NCBI RefSeq assembly: GCF_009914755.1
Contig: NC_060930.1
Strand: one strand, 5' to 3'
Source: the human T2T-CHM13v2.0 reference genome, Homo sapiens
DNA: 64,000 nucleotides
Below the pieces are notes generated by a model. The model ran no database searches. It saw nothing but the letters and a program-made list of their open reading frames with translations, and had not been told where the DNA came from. The position numbers were made by a program, and so were the translations under genes. This document shows, piece after piece, positions 29,686-46,120 of the stretch (its first letter is position 1; each line of letters opens with the position of its first letter).

Positions 29686-29855
29686 TTAATTACATTGAAA
29701 TTATTGACCTGCTTGTTATACTAATGAAAGAAAGAAAAATTGGTAAGTGTAAACCTATCAGTGAAATGGTGCTGCTAACTCAAGGGACTTATCGGTAGAA
29801 TGACCCCATAAAGTTTTCATCTCAAGTAAGGCAAAGCCATGTAAGGAAAAAATTC

Positions 29856-29966
29856 AGCCGGGCATGGTGGTTCATGCCTGTAATCCCAGCACTTTGGGAG
29901 ACCAAAGCAAGAGGATTGCTTGAAGCCAGGAGTTCAAGACCAGCCTGGGCAGCATGGTGAGACCCC
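29856..29966 (+). mobile_element. FLAM or left Alu monomer without an A tail
   Basis: 'gccgggcatggtggttcatgcctgtaatcc...gaggattgcttgaagccaggagttcaagaccagcctgggc', then T/(GTT)n. Confidence 0.8.
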
Positions 29967-31534
29967 TTTTAGTTTATTTTGTTGTTGTTGTTGTTGTTGT
30001 TAGTGCTTATCTATGTCTTGTTATATTTTTACCCCAAATACATTATTTGTATTAACTATTTTCAGTTCATAGAATGTGGATGTATTTCCATGGCAGTAAG
30101 TTTTTCTGTACAACCCATATAATCATTTCAATGGGTGCATTATATTCTGTAATATGAATCTCTCATCGTTTAGCTGATCTTAAATTTTAATCTTTTTATT
30201 GAACATCCAGGTTTGCTTTCTCTTCTTGAACAAAATACAGATGGTAATTCCTATGTATATCTTTGTTTTCTTGCTTAGTGAGGGTAGAAACAAGGTCTCT
30301 TGTTTACTGCTGCATTCCCAGGAATTAACAACGCACATAGTAGACGTGTAGTATAGTAAATATGAACTGAGTGAATTAATGGCCTGGTTATTTCCATAGG
30401 ATTAGGAGCGGGACTTGATGGTGAGGCAGGCAGCCTGGTGATTGGGGTGGTTGAGCTGCTTGTGGCAGGGACTAGAAGTCATCTAGGTTTGCTGACGCTA
30501 GAGATTGCCTAGGAGAGAGGAAGAGGCACAAAACTGGAGTTGACTTCTTCAGATACTTGCTGAATGCCTACTGTACACATAACGGCAGGAAATAAAAATC
30601 ACTTCCTCTCTTGCTTTGTTTTTCCAAAGCGGTCAGTCTCCCTCCTGCAGGAAACCAAGGTTTGAGGCCAGTTTCAGGCCAGTGTTCCTTGTCCTGTTCA
30701 CCATTTTATGCCAGCAGTAAGTAGAGAAGAATGGCAAAGGGCCTACCAGATTTAAGTCTCTACCACTTACTGGCTCTGTGACCTTGACTTGCCTAACCCC
30801 TTGAACCCTGGTTTTATCTCTGCAATATAGGAGTGATAATAATAGCTAATAATAATAGTTGTTGTACCTTGCAGGGAGTAAGAGATTAATAAGGGTTAAC
30901 TATTGCTAGCTAATATTATTATGGATTCAGTAAGCTTCCATATGTTCCCTTTCATCCTTTTTCATGAGAGAAAGCCACGGTTAGCCCCAGACACACCAAT
31001 GTACTGACACATGTATATATGTTGAGTTTTCTAAAACACAATCATTTTATGAATTAGGGACTATTTGCAGCTACAGTGGCTGTACAGTAACACACTCTTT
31101 GATTGAGCAGAGAAATTTTTGTTCTTGTTCACCTAGCTTTTAAGTCATGCTTTTTCACCACATAGCTATTAATAAATGATAGTGCCTGGCACCTCGGTGA
31201 GAAGAGTCACTATTTACCAACACCCCCACCCCTACTCCTGCCCTCTTACAGTAGGAGAAAAGGTCTGTATGAGCTCGATGGGAAGCTGTTTCTGAGCTTA
31301 GGATTGGGAGAACAAGCTGCAAAATGTCAGTTGTGGGGTTCAGAATTTCAACGTATGTTGCTCTTTCAAAATAGAATAAATTGTTCATTTCTTCTCAGCT
31401 GACCACAGATGACTCAAAGATAACCCTAAAACCTCGAAGGAGAAGGATGGGAAGTGAGCCCTGATGCGGAATGAGCAGTATTGTATATTACTGAAAGATG
31501 TGGAGCTCTGAATATAAAAAGATAGAGAGTTAAG

Positions 31535-31870
<336 letters not shown>

Positions 31871-31901
31871 TTAAGAAAAATTCTTGAATTACCCCCCAAA
31901 G

Positions 31902-32224
<323 letters not shown>

Positions 32225-32532
32225 TAAAATGACATTTCTTAGAATCCCATCAAGTTCAAAAGTGTAGAGTTAGAAGATGAGAGGTATATGTCTCAGGGAC
32301 TTACCAACTTGAGCAGGAGCTGCAGGCTCCTGGTGGTAGACAGAAGACCAGGTCGTGTGTTCAACTTGAATCTTGGTGATAGGGCAGGTGACCATTCCTC
32401 TCTTGAATTTAAGGAGCCATTGATAAAACAACTGTTAATATGTTAAACACCCACCTTGGAGTCACAGAAGAGACTCCAGGCATCGTCCCACCTAAATCTC
32501 TATTAGTCGATTGTAAGAAAAACAGGCCATTA

Positions 32533-32836
32533 TAGGTTGAACATCCCTAATCCAAAAATCTGAAATCCAAAATGCTCCAAAATCTGAAGATTTGTGAGCA
32601 ATGACATGACACCACAAGTGGGAAATTCCACACCTGACCTCCTGGGACAGGTTGCAGTCAAAACACAAGCTTCTTTCATATGCAAAATCATGAATGATGT
32701 TATATAAAACTACCTTCAGGCTATGTGTATGAGGTGTGTATGAAACATAAATAAATTTTGTGTTTAGATTTGGGTCCCAACCCCAAGATATCTAATTATA
32801 TATCATACAAATATTCCAAAATTTGAAAAAAATTCA
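32533..32836 (+). mobile_element. Tigger4/MER46 (Zombi) fragment
   Basis: 'aggttgaacatccctaatccaaaaatctgaaatccaaaatgctccaaaatctgaa...aaattccacacctgacc'. Confidence 0.8.
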
Positions 32837-34111
32837 AGGAGGTTTCAACTCTTTCCAGCTGTCTTCTTCCATCACCTAGAGCAGAGGTTGCTGTCATCAT
32901 CAATCACTTCTATTCCAAGTCCCTTCTTGGCAAAAGTGTGGGCTGCCAGACCAAAACTGGACTTTCATAAACATATCTGTATCAGCCAAGTGAGTGGCTG
33001 CATGGATTCTCCAGAAAAACCACCTTGGTCCCAGTGGACTGTGCCCTATGAAACTCTCTTGACCATCCTCAGAGAAAGATGCGTCTCAGTGTAATTTGGC
33101 CCTGTACTACTTCCAAAGACCTTCAGATACCAAGCCACAGCACATCAAAGCTGCCATCAAAATATAATGAGGCTGGTATTCTAAAATGTTCAAAAAAAGA
33201 AACCCAAATAATCCAGCCCTTGGTATAAACAGGCTTTTACTCTCAAGTCGGGAAGATAAACTGACACATATGCTTCCATTAAAAGGTTGACAAACTACTA
33301 AAAATATAGTGTATGTACTTAGAACGTTTTGCTTTCATCTGTGAGGTCAATATCAACTGGATTTATAATGTTCTGCACTTCAGATATTGACGTTGGAATG
33401 AGTGAAAAATAACTATTAAAACGTTTTTTCATTGTACCCTTAAAAACAAAAACAAGAAGGGGCTGACTCTTCTGCAAATTTTGGATACCGTTTAAGACCT
33501 CAGAAAGTCTGGAGTGAACCATAGTTTCCAAAGCCTGCTGGCAGCGTCAGCCTAAGAGAGCAAGTGGCATGCACAAGTGACTGAATCAAGACCACAACAA
33601 AGTATGGAAGAACTGGGCGGACAGCATCAGGAGTATTGGCAGGAACTTGAAAACCACCAGACTGGTTCCCATTGCAGTGTTCGATAGTCTTTCCTTTGCT
33701 TACAGCTGTAGTTTGCTGCTTCCTATGAGGAAGGCCCTCCTTCCCCTCTTCTCTCCTTGTCCACCCCGCTTAGGTGTCTCTTAAATTGATGGTAAATAAT
33801 GAAAATCCTTGGCAAGGTATAATCATGCCTGATGACTACACTAAGTATGTGCATTTGTATATCCGAGGGTCAGGGCGATGATGAGGGAAACCAGCCCCTC
33901 TGTAATCAAAATAACTTGATAACACATATCATATATTATAAATATTTAAAACAGTTAACAAAAATATTTCTGATATTTTACTCCCTCAAGGGCATAGGCC
34001 CTTTATTCAACAAATACCATGACTGTCTTTCTTCTAAAATGTATATCTGAATCTCTTTTCAGACACGCACCTCATTTTGTTTATTACCTTTGATTTCAAA
34101 ATGTACATTTG

Positions 34112-34411
34112 AGACCGGCGCAGTGGCTCACACCTGTAATCCCAGCACTTTGGGAACTGAGGTGGGTGGATCACTTGAGGTCAGGAGTTCGAGACCAGCC
34201 TGGCCAACATGGTGAAACTCCATCTCTACTAAAAATACAAAAATTAGACAGGCATGGGGGTGCACACCTGTAGTCCCAGCTACTTGGGAGGCTGAGGCAC
34301 AAGAATCTCTTGAACTCAGGAGGCGGAGGTTACAGTGAGCCAAGATGACACAACTGCATTCCAGCTTGGACGATAGAGCAAGACTCCATCTCAAAAAAAA
34401 AAAAAAAAAAA
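34112..34411 (+). mobile_element. AluS (Sz/Sx)
   Basis: Full dimer with A tail. Confidence 0.93.
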
Positions 34412-34984
34412 GTATGTTTGAATCTGGTCTCAAAATGTGTACTAGAGTTTGTATTGTATGTTTATTAACTTTTGAGTCCAAGGATTCTTTTCTTTGTAGA
34501 CTGCAAAACAATTTCTAGAAAGGTGGTGAGGAGGCGGGCTTAGGTTGTACTCAAAATAGAACACTTGTGAAAAATGGTATGTTATGAATTCAGAGGGAGC
34601 TGTCACCAGGCTGGTGGATGTCCAACTCATTTCTTCCTGATTGTAGATTTTTTTTTTTTTTAGGGAATGGCAAAAGCCATATTAGAAAGAAATTTGCTAA
34701 TAGCAGGAGTGTGTGCTAACATAGATCTTCAGAAGATTTAAAAATCTTACTTAACGCCTTCATAAATCCAAAGCATGGAAGTATGAACAAAAGTTTTATG
34801 AAGAGCTGCTGATTCCAGCTACCGTTCTTTTTTCAAGTCTCTTATGTTAACAAGATACCTGTGTTGTTCCATTTACATTACAAATTAGAAGAAAGTTAAT
34901 ATGAGACAGACCCTTGCTTGCTTAAATGGCAAGAGTAAGGGCAAGAGCAAAGCCAGTTGATGAGTTAAGTTGTTCATTATTGCC

Positions 34985-35700
34985 TGCATTTACTCATTCA
35001 ATCATTCATTTATTCAACACTGAAAGATTACGTTTTGTTGGGCCAGACCCCATGCCCAGTGCCATATAAATAAAGCTTTGTGGGGTGAGATAAGGAAAAA
35101 TTAAAATAAGTACTATATGACAAGCAAAATAACGGAAGGAGATGTAAGAGAAGTACAGAGAAAAGATGGCTTAATTCTACTTGGGAGAAGTTACTCAAAG
35201 GAGATCTCTGGGAACTTCAGCTGGTATTAAAGAATGAAGATGTTTTTCATTGGGTTTTAGAGGGAAGGAAGGACGATTCTAGGCAGAGACAAGAGCAAGC
35301 CCAAGTGCACAGAGACATGATTCAGCACGGCACATTTATGAAATTTCAACTGTCACTGGAGCACAGTTTGCAAGGCAGAAAGCAGTAATAGATGAGGCTA
35401 GAATTTCAGATAATATCCAGATGGAAGTCAAAGTTATTTTTGAAGCAATGGAAGCTGTGGAAGGGTTTCAAGTAGGGTGTGCTCCGGTCAGATTTTCATT
35501 TAGAGGGATCAGTCTGGTGACAATCTTGGGGTTGGATGAGAAGGAGAAGCAGCAGAGAGTTAATCAGCAATAATCCCTGTGAGAGAGGGTGGGGCCCAAG
35601 CTAAGGCTGGGGCAGTGGGGATGGGGAGAATATGTATTCAGTAAATATTTGGGGGTAGCATCAGCGGTTTCTAGCAGCAAATGGATGGTAACATAGGTAA
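34985..35700 (-). mobile_element. L2 LINE fragment
   Basis: 'cattcaatcattcatttattcaaca' terminal motif, then degenerate L2 body. Confidence 0.6.
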
Positions 35701-36059
35701 AGGCAGAAAGTTGGGGTACCTGTAGCAGTCTCAGTTGCTGGCTTATATTCATTATAGTAGGCCAGACTAGTGCTTCTCTCACAGTTGTAGGGAGCTTTTA
35801 CTTTCAATTTCTGATCACAGTCACTGCCCATGTGTATGTCACTTGTGCCATATGCAACTCACTACAGGAGTTCATCAGTACCCAACCCGGTTATACCCTG
35901 CTCAACAAGATGAATCCACTCATGATACTTAGGTATAATGGTAGTATCACATTATTATAAAAGCTTCTTAATGCTTACTCTCAAATTACTATGCTTCTCT
36001 TGTTGTGGACTAGTAATAAATTGTTCATGAATCAGCACCAATTCATGAACTACACTTTG

Positions 36060-36450
36060 AGTAGCTAGATTGTGATTAAAAAATCCACTTAAAATCGTCC
36101 CCAAATCTCAATGGCTTAACACAAGGGAAGTCTGTTCCTCGCTCACTGTTCACTTAACTGTCTGCACCTGGTTGATAAGTGGTTCTCCTCCACATGGTGA
36201 CTCAGAGACCCAGGCTCCTTGCACATTCTGGTCCACCATCCTCTAGGGCCTTCTCTCGGACTAGATCCATCTGCCAAAAAAGAAAACAACATGGAGGAGA
36301 AACATCCACTTCTTAAAAACTGTGGCCCAGAATGGCTCATACCACTTCCACTCACACTCCGTGGGTTAGAACTCAGTTGCATGGCCACACCTAATTGCAA
36401 AGGAGACTGGGAAAGGTAGTCCAGTATTATACCCAGGACGAAGAGGAAGT
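36060..36450 (-). mobile_element. Old MLT1 (J/K type) LTR
   Basis: 'ccccaaatctcaatggcttaacacaa...gactcagagacccaggctcc...gcatggccacacctaattgcaaaggagactgggaaa'. Confidence 0.65.
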
Positions 36451-37448
36451 GAACTGGGAGGTTGGGAGACAGTCCACAGACTCTGACACGTGAATATTCT
36501 AGATGATACTCATAATGATGCTGCTAACAAACCACATAATGCCTTCCAGAAAATATGCTCAGCTTGGGGTGTGGTGAAGCCAAAGACAGACTCCTCAGAG
36601 GAGCTCAAGGCTTCCCCACAGTCCTGAGCTTCAACCTATCTCACAGCTTTGTTTGGATTAGGGACAGTTCAGATACCAGCGGAGGCACATCTATGGCTTC
36701 TGCGCAAGGCATATGTGCACGGTTAATTAAATATGCAAGGGGTGCCACATGCATATGCATGGACACTCAGAGGTTGTTTATTACCTTTGATTTCAAAATA
36801 TATGCTTGAGGCTGGCATATTGTGAATGACTGGTTCACACTGTGCAGGAATAGATGCCCTTTAAGCCCAAATATTTACAATCTTCATATCTCTACATACG
36901 GCTTTTATCTTGGCTTCATTTGGCAGTCTTGTGAGTCAAAAGCATACCTTTTGGGGTAGGTCAAGTTGATTGTTTTTACAAGACAGACTAGGGGCTTGGA
37001 GAGAGAAACAAGATCATTTACAGCAAAGGCTGAGCCTCTAAAACGTTCAATGTGGATTTAGACTTATTTGTTCCCCACTTATTCACTGACTAAATAGCCT
37101 CTTGGTTCATTAGTTTTAAGTACTACAGCTAAATCATTCACATTTCACAGAAAATGTAATGAGTATGATTTAAAATGTCACCCAAATAAAGAAATGTAAA
37201 AATATCACCACCACTCTCTGAGTCCTCTTTATTGCTTTCCCCAATTCAACTACTAGTTTACTACCTTACCACTTTCTCTGCATTTCCCTAAAAAATGGAA
37301 TTGAGGCAAACATTTTTAAGGATCATTGGGTTAAATTCCATACACTTAAGGAAAAGGTTGCCACCCTCTTCAGAAAACACCTCCTTGTGCCACTATGTGA
37401 CAAGGCATCAAATATTTTAATACAATTGCTAAGAAGACAGTAGTCTTG

Positions 37449-38705
<1,257 letters not shown>

Positions 38706-38869
38706 GGTGGTGGTTTGTGCCCATCAGAGAGAGACTTTAGAGGCCAAACTCCACTCTTCAATCAGTAAGCATCACAGGGATCTACCATTGTCCACTGTCT
38801 CCCAGCCTCTATTCTGGGAATGACAGGGAGGAAGCAGAGCATGGTTACTGCCTTGCTGCATGGCAGGGT

Positions 38870-39705
38870 GAATCCATTTGCTGGGGATGCAATAGCAAAG
38901 CACTACAAACTGGGTGGCTTAAAACAACAGAAACAGTCTCTCACAGTCCTGGGGGCAAGAAGTCGGAAATGAAGCTGTTGGCAGGGTTGGTTCATACTAG
39001 AGATTGTGAGGGAGAATCTGCTTCCTTCTCACCCACCTTCTGGGGGTTGCTGGCAGTCCATGGCATTCCTTGGTAGGTATGTGGCTGCATCACCCCAATC
39101 TCTGCAGCTGTCTTCACATGGTCTTCTTCCTTGTGCATGACTGTGTCTGCTTTCTCTTCTTTTAAGAACATCTGTCATTGAATTCAATCTCACATTCTAA
39201 TCTGTTGTGAATTGATATGGTTTGGCTGTGTCCCCACCCAAATCTCATGTTGAGCTGTAGTTCCCATAATCCCCATATGTTGTGGCAGAGGCCCAGTGGG
39301 AGGTGATTGAATCATGGGGGCAGTTACCTCCATGCTGTATTCATGATAGTGTGTGAGTTCTCATGAGATCTAATGGTTGTATTTGGGGCTTTCCCCTACT
39401 TCGCTCTGCACTTCTCCTTGCTGCTGTCATGTGAAGAGGGACATGTTTGTTTCCCCTTCTGCAGTGATTGTAAGTTTCCTAAGGCTTCCCCAGCCATGCA
39501 GAACTGTGAGTCAATTAAACCTCTTTCCTTTATAAATTACCCAGTCTCAGGTATGCCTTTGTTAGCAGCGTGAGAATGGACTAATACATGAATTCATCTC
39601 AACCTGATTACATCTGCAAAGACTTTCCAAATAAGGTCACACTCATGGGTCTGGGAGTTAGTACTTCAACATATCTTTGGGGACCATCATTCAAACCATA
39701 ACACA
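38870..39705 (-). mobile_element. MLT1C-type LTR, interrupted by THE1D
   Basis: 'cactacaaactgggtggcttaaaacaacagaaa' ... 'ttacatctgcaaagactttccaaataaggtcac'. Confidence 0.8.
39213..39588 (+). mobile_element. Solo THE1D LTR
   Basis: TGATATGG...GACTAATACA, 376 bp, perfect 5-bp TSD TGAAT at 39208-39212 and 39589-39593. Confidence 0.92.
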
Positions 39706-41633
39706 AAGGACAGCAAAGAAGCAGCCATTCTTTCTCTTTGTGGTGTTTGACTTCCACAGTGCCCTGGAATCCCTTTCACCCATTGCCTTGGCAAAGGTGT
39801 AGCAGGGACAAGAAAGCATTTCCCAGAGAGAATCTAAGGTCAGTTAACCTGCACTAAGCATCACTTGGGCCACTTCCCCGTTGAAATCAGAGCAGTGCCT
39901 GGAAGCATCTTGGATGAAAGCTCATTTCCCTCTTTTTCCCTTGACAAGTTTCAGAGAGGAACCTAGTGTTGTCCACGGCTGTCTCCATATCTTCTTCCCT
40001 TTGTGCTCCGTCTCACCTCCTGCACTGAGGGATAGTGGCAGGGACGTAGAAATTTTTCTCCAAGAAATATACTCTCTACTTCCAACACTGCCTCATGCAG
40101 CTAGCAGGAAGTTCTAGAACTCAATAATACGTGATCTTTCTTGAAACCTGTCTAACTATCCGCATTAATAATCTGGCTTGAGATCAGAATGGGTAAGAGT
40201 TGGTGGTGGTCATCAACACTCCAAGGTTAGCACACATTGCCACAATTCAATTCCTATATTTTCTTTTAGGTCGTTAGACTCACCTATGTGGAAAGAAAGA
40301 CATACATGACATGAAACATAAAATTATTTGCATGCATGAATAAAACATCATTTAAAAGTAATCAAATTGCTTTAGTAAAGTTTTTTGATTCTGAATTGTG
40401 AGCACATTGCAAGCAATTGTGAGGGCCTGGGATAGAGAACAGGTGCCTGCAGCAGCTGTTTAAATTTTGTCCAAATCAGCAATGACCCCAAAGCCTGTGG
40501 CAATTATCCTCCCTGACAAGTTGTCTTAAAAGATATGAAAATAAGGGGCTCACCTTCCCAAATTCATCTTAGATACCCATTTGCATTGTTGTTAACATGA
40601 TGTTTTCTTACAGATAATCAAAGGGAAGTAGGCCATGGTGTCTGTATTAGTGACTTGTTGAACTATTACTGGTTTATTCAGCCTTTCTTTGTAATTATGA
40701 GGTGAGAATAAAAGGTGATAAAGCACAGGTTTTTCTGGAAACAGCAATGCACTTATATTTCCCATTCGTATCTTACTGGGCTCTTTTAAATTGTTCAGAG
40801 CCCTCAAGAGGGGCCACATTCACACAAAAACATTCGGACCAAATGAAGACATAAACAATGCACTTTCTCTAATCGTTGAACCCAGTTAGACAACATCTGA
40901 TGTAAAGCACAAGAATGAAGTCAGCCTGCAGAGGATTTAAGCTGCCAGGCAGCACAGCTGCAGGTCAAGCTCGCTTCAAAGGTCAGACTCAAAGACCAAC
41001 AAAAGACCAACAGGTGTGTAAAGTCTGGTAGGTTAAAGGTCTTGCTTGCCCTAGATATAGCATGGGGGAACAAGAGAGCCACAGATTTTGTTGAGACTTG
41101 TTAACTACAACAATAAGAGTTAAAAGTTGAGTTTGGATGTTGCTATACTTAGCTTATTCAAAGAAGTGTCTTACTTAGTTTTCTCTACCACTCAGAGATG
41201 TTTAAGATAATAGTAATAAGGCTATTATCTTAAAAGGCAGGTACCAACATGGATTCCAAGCAAAAAGAAATTATATCAGTGAAAAATATAGCAATTCTAA
41301 CTTACTTTAGATTGTTAGATATATTCTATTTTTATGCCAATATGAAATGCCCAAAGGAAGAATACGAAATCCATGTTATTTTAGTTATACAGAAAGCTAG
41401 TCTATTGTTGCTGTTATTGTTTTTGTATGATAAAACTTATAAGAAAATGAAACTATGATTTTTATAAGAACAAATAATAAAACATCTAGAAGCACAAAAT
41501 ATTTCCCCTTTAAAAAGTATTATTTGAAAGTAAAAGACTGGAACTGTTGTCTTTAAACTGAGTTGTTTCCTTGTTTGGTCTGATATATCTGAAATTTACA
41601 GCTTTATCCTAAGGTGGAATTGACTAAAATTTA

Positions 41634-41984
<351 letters not shown>

Positions 41985-43968
41985 AAAACCTAGGCACTGA
42001 GAAGTTTACCAAAACATATATATTTGTTGTAACAAATACATATAGATAGATAGTTAAGTGGTAGCTAATGAGGGGGAAGCCTTCTAAGGTGAGTTTTAGC
42101 TATGTTAATTCATCATTGACTTCAACCTAACATGTGATATATAAGGATGAATTCTTTCCATTTATTTTATTCACCAAGAGAATGCTTTCCACTGTGGGAC
42201 TGAATGGGTGGCAGATTATCTTTCTTTGGCAGCCATAAAATGCCAAATAGTACTTGTGGTAAAAGTATCCAGATCACAGAAGCATACTGCATGGTCATTT
42301 CCATTTTTCTTTTCTGTTTTGTAAATGGAAAATTACAGACTTGATGGTCCATGATTCCGCTGACCTCCACCCCACAGATGCTCTGCCAGATGTCTGGGAA
42401 AGCGCATGATAAACTACTTGCTACCCCGGGGATGGCATCATTCTGATGTTCGGTGTTTTCCTTTGCTTTTGGCCCTGGGTCTCTGGAGCGTGGGCCAAGG
42501 GATCTGATCCCAGCACGATCCTATTTCAACCCCTGGATGCTGGGAGTGTCCCAGCTAGAGGTTTTGTGAATTACCATACCAGATGGTGAGGGTCACGGTT
42601 CTCCAACTGGGGCTGAGTTTTATTACTGCTAAATTAAAAACAGTGATTGACACAATAGGAGCTAACAAGAGATTTTCCCCTTCATTCTGGCCACTGTTAA
42701 TTCTAGCGTCTGTAGACATTAATTTCCTTAAATTAATTAGAATATTTAGTTATGCAGGGTGGCAAGGGGGGATGGTGGGGTGGGGGGGCAGCAACAATGA
42801 TAGAATTTTGTTGACTTCTTTGAGTCCTGGTAAGAAAACCCAGTAAGAACACACTCTTATTGTGTCCTGAAAACTGATTAGGTATCATGCTCCCTAAAGA
42901 AACAAGACCCTTCATGCTAATTTCTGTCTTACTGCTTCCTCAGGTTAAGAACATCGGGTTAATGAAGTATTGTATGATGGCAATCATTTGTTGGAAAAGT
43001 ACCAGCCTGATTTGGTGGAGGTAGGAGGAGTGAGGGCAGGAACAGGGTGTTGATCCCAATATGATGCCAGAGGTTTATTTATGAACCACTTAGACTGTAC
43101 CTGTCTAATTAAAGACAGATTTTCTCATTTTGGGGGTAGAGCCAGGAGTAGGTATACCTTCTGCTATGCTGCTAAGGTTATGCTCAGAGTGGGCTTGTAA
43201 TCATGAGGTACGAGTGAAACACAGTAAACTTAAATGCCACTTTCCATTAGATTGCTAGCAAAAAATGACTAGAGGTTCTGTGTTTCACTGCTCCCGGGGG
43301 AGTACTGAGCATGCGAGAGGTTGGGGGCATATCCACAAAGCCTGCAGGCAGATCTAGGGGACAAGCTGCACTACCACAAATCTGGGCGGGTACCTCTCAG
43401 CAGCAACTCCAGCTGGGCGACTATGTTGTCACCTCAGTCAGCCCTGGAGAGATGGCCACCATGTTCTATTTTTGGAGTCACGTGTCATTGAGAATCCCCA
43501 AGCACGAGCAATCCCCTAGTTTTTTCAAAATATATAGCTACACACCAAAAACATTCTTCAGGTTTTAATGTATTACTTGCAACTAAATTCAAACTGCTGC
43601 CCTAAATTCGAGTTGGATGGGCCAGCGTGATATTTTAGGCTCACCAGCTGGCTCAGGGTAGTCTGCAAACCAAAGGAAGGCAGGCTTGTTACAAAGCAGC
43701 ATTATTTGAGAAAAAAGACAGACCCCCAAAGTGCTAGGATTCTCATAGAGTTAATATCCAAAGTTTCCAGAGTTTCGATGGACATTCCAAGATTCCTGGG
43801 TTTCATGGCAAAACCAAATGAGGGTATACTTTCCCCAGCTGTTCATTCTTGAGTACAACCTAAAAATGGCATCATACAGCCAAGCCTCGCCCACTTCAGC
43901 CTGAGAGGCATAAAATCACTTCCTGATCAAACCTGTATTAATTCAGAAGCTTCTAGATTATTGAATAT

Positions 43969-44190
43969 CAAGCTTGTCCAACCCACGACCCACAGGCCAC
44001 ATGCTGCTAAGGATGGTTTTGAATGTGGCCAAACACAAATTCGTAAACCTTCTTAAAACATTATGGATGTTTTTTGCAATTCTTTTTTTTAGCTCATCAG
44101 CTATTGTTAGTGTTGCTGTGTTTTATGTGTGGCCCAAGACAATTCTTCTTCCAGTGTGGACCAGGGAAGCAAAAAGGCTGGACATGCCTG
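43969..44190 (-). mobile_element. MER30 (hAT-Charlie MITE)
   Basis: 'caagcttgtccaacccac...ggcccaagacaattcttcttccagtgtgg...ctggacatgcctg'. Confidence 0.85.
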
Positions 44191-44194
44191 CTGT

Positions 44195-44280
44195 ATTTTT
44201 ATATATTTATATATATAGATAAATTATATGAATTTTATATATATATATATCTATATATATAATATATCTATATATATATA
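44195..44280. repeat. (TA)n-rich tract
   Basis: Direct inspection. Confidence 0.9.
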
Positions 44281-45142
44281 GTGGGTGCTTAATGCCTGAA
44301 TCCCTTCTCTGGAGACTGAAGGAAGCGGTAGGATAACCTGGAGAGAATTCCAGGAGTAGCAGATATGGGTTCTTCCACTGGCCCAGAACTTGTCATATGA
44401 TCTTAGGCAAATGTCTTAAAATCTCTGGGCCTACTTTCTCAGTCTGTACAGTGAAAAATTACATCTGGGTCTCTTAAGAACTGACTCATCTCTAAAACTC
44501 TAGGAATATCTCATTGTACTATAGCCCAGAAAAATCGTTTAGCATTCATTTTCAAATCCTATATCTAGAAACATGCTTGAGGCCCCTTTATGTGTTGAGT
44601 CAATATTTGCCTAGGAGAAGTTCCACAGTAATATTTTAGAGGGATAGTGACTTAACGCGGAAATGTAGAACTCTTAAGTGTTTCATCACATTACTGTTGT
44701 CTTTCACAAGACTGTTTCTTCTTCTTACTTTTACTCTTGAACATTAAAATGTTGTTAAAGATTGTGTCAGCCACGAGGCCACAAGTATGAAGCAGAGTGG
44801 AGTTTGCCTGCATGAGAATGGGTTAATGTCACCCCTCTAAAGTGGGTTGTTTTAATCTCTCCACAATTTACAAATAAATTTTGTATTTTACCTAAGCTAG
44901 TAGAAAGTAACCATTTTTAATCAGTAATGGGAGTAAAAGTGTACGTGTGTATGTTTATGCACATATGCAAATATATATGTATATACAAAGGCCATGCTAA
45001 TTATCATCACAAGTTAAAGTACCGTATTCCACCTCAATAATGCTTTAAAAATATAAGGCAAAACATATTTATTTTAAAAAAGCTTTAATGGGAAACAGTT
45101 CTAAAACCACAAGATATATTCAAGACTACATACTTTTCTTAA

Positions 45143-45507
<365 letters not shown>

Positions 45508-45716
45508 TAAGCCAGCTTTTCTTTTACTGGTCTTATAGCTTGAAAAATGATTTTGGCTTAAGTTTTCTGGGAGCTTCTGTCCTGAGAAGTTTCCCTACAG
45601 TCTCAATATCATGATGACAGTCTCGCATTGAAGAAGACTGCTCTAAGCAAGTCTTGATTCAGAGAACTAGGGATTCTCCTTCCCCAATTCCACACAACAC
45701 CAGATGTTTTTCAGGG

Positions 45717-45753
45717 GTGTGTGTGCGTGTGTGCGTGCGTGCGTGCGTGCGTG
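45717..45753 (+). repeat. (GT)n/(GCGT)n alternating purine-pyrimidine tract
   Basis: gtgtgtgtgcgtgtgtgcgtgcgtgcgtgcgtgcgtg. Confidence 0.9.
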
Positions 45754-46120
45754 TTTTCCCTCTCTTGTTTTAGCTTAACCAAACAAAAGCAGCAATGCCA
45801 ACTATTTACTTACCATTCCAACATACCTAAGTATGGTACAATAAAAATATTTTAACCTGTTTTCTCACAGTAGCTCTAATACCAATCTTCAAGTTATATT
45901 CAGCATCTGCCACAAGTCACATTTGTTTTTGATATAGCTTGAATTTACTCATGTGTCTATGAAATGGAATCATTTTTAGCATTTATAGTGTATCATTTAC
46001 CTGCTGTACAAATATTTTTGCAGCTTTTTGTATGTGCCAGCTACTTTTCTGAGCACTGGGTATCCAAAAAGCAAAACCAAAACCAAATATAAATATATTG
46101 TGCTAAAGGTTGTCACAAGT

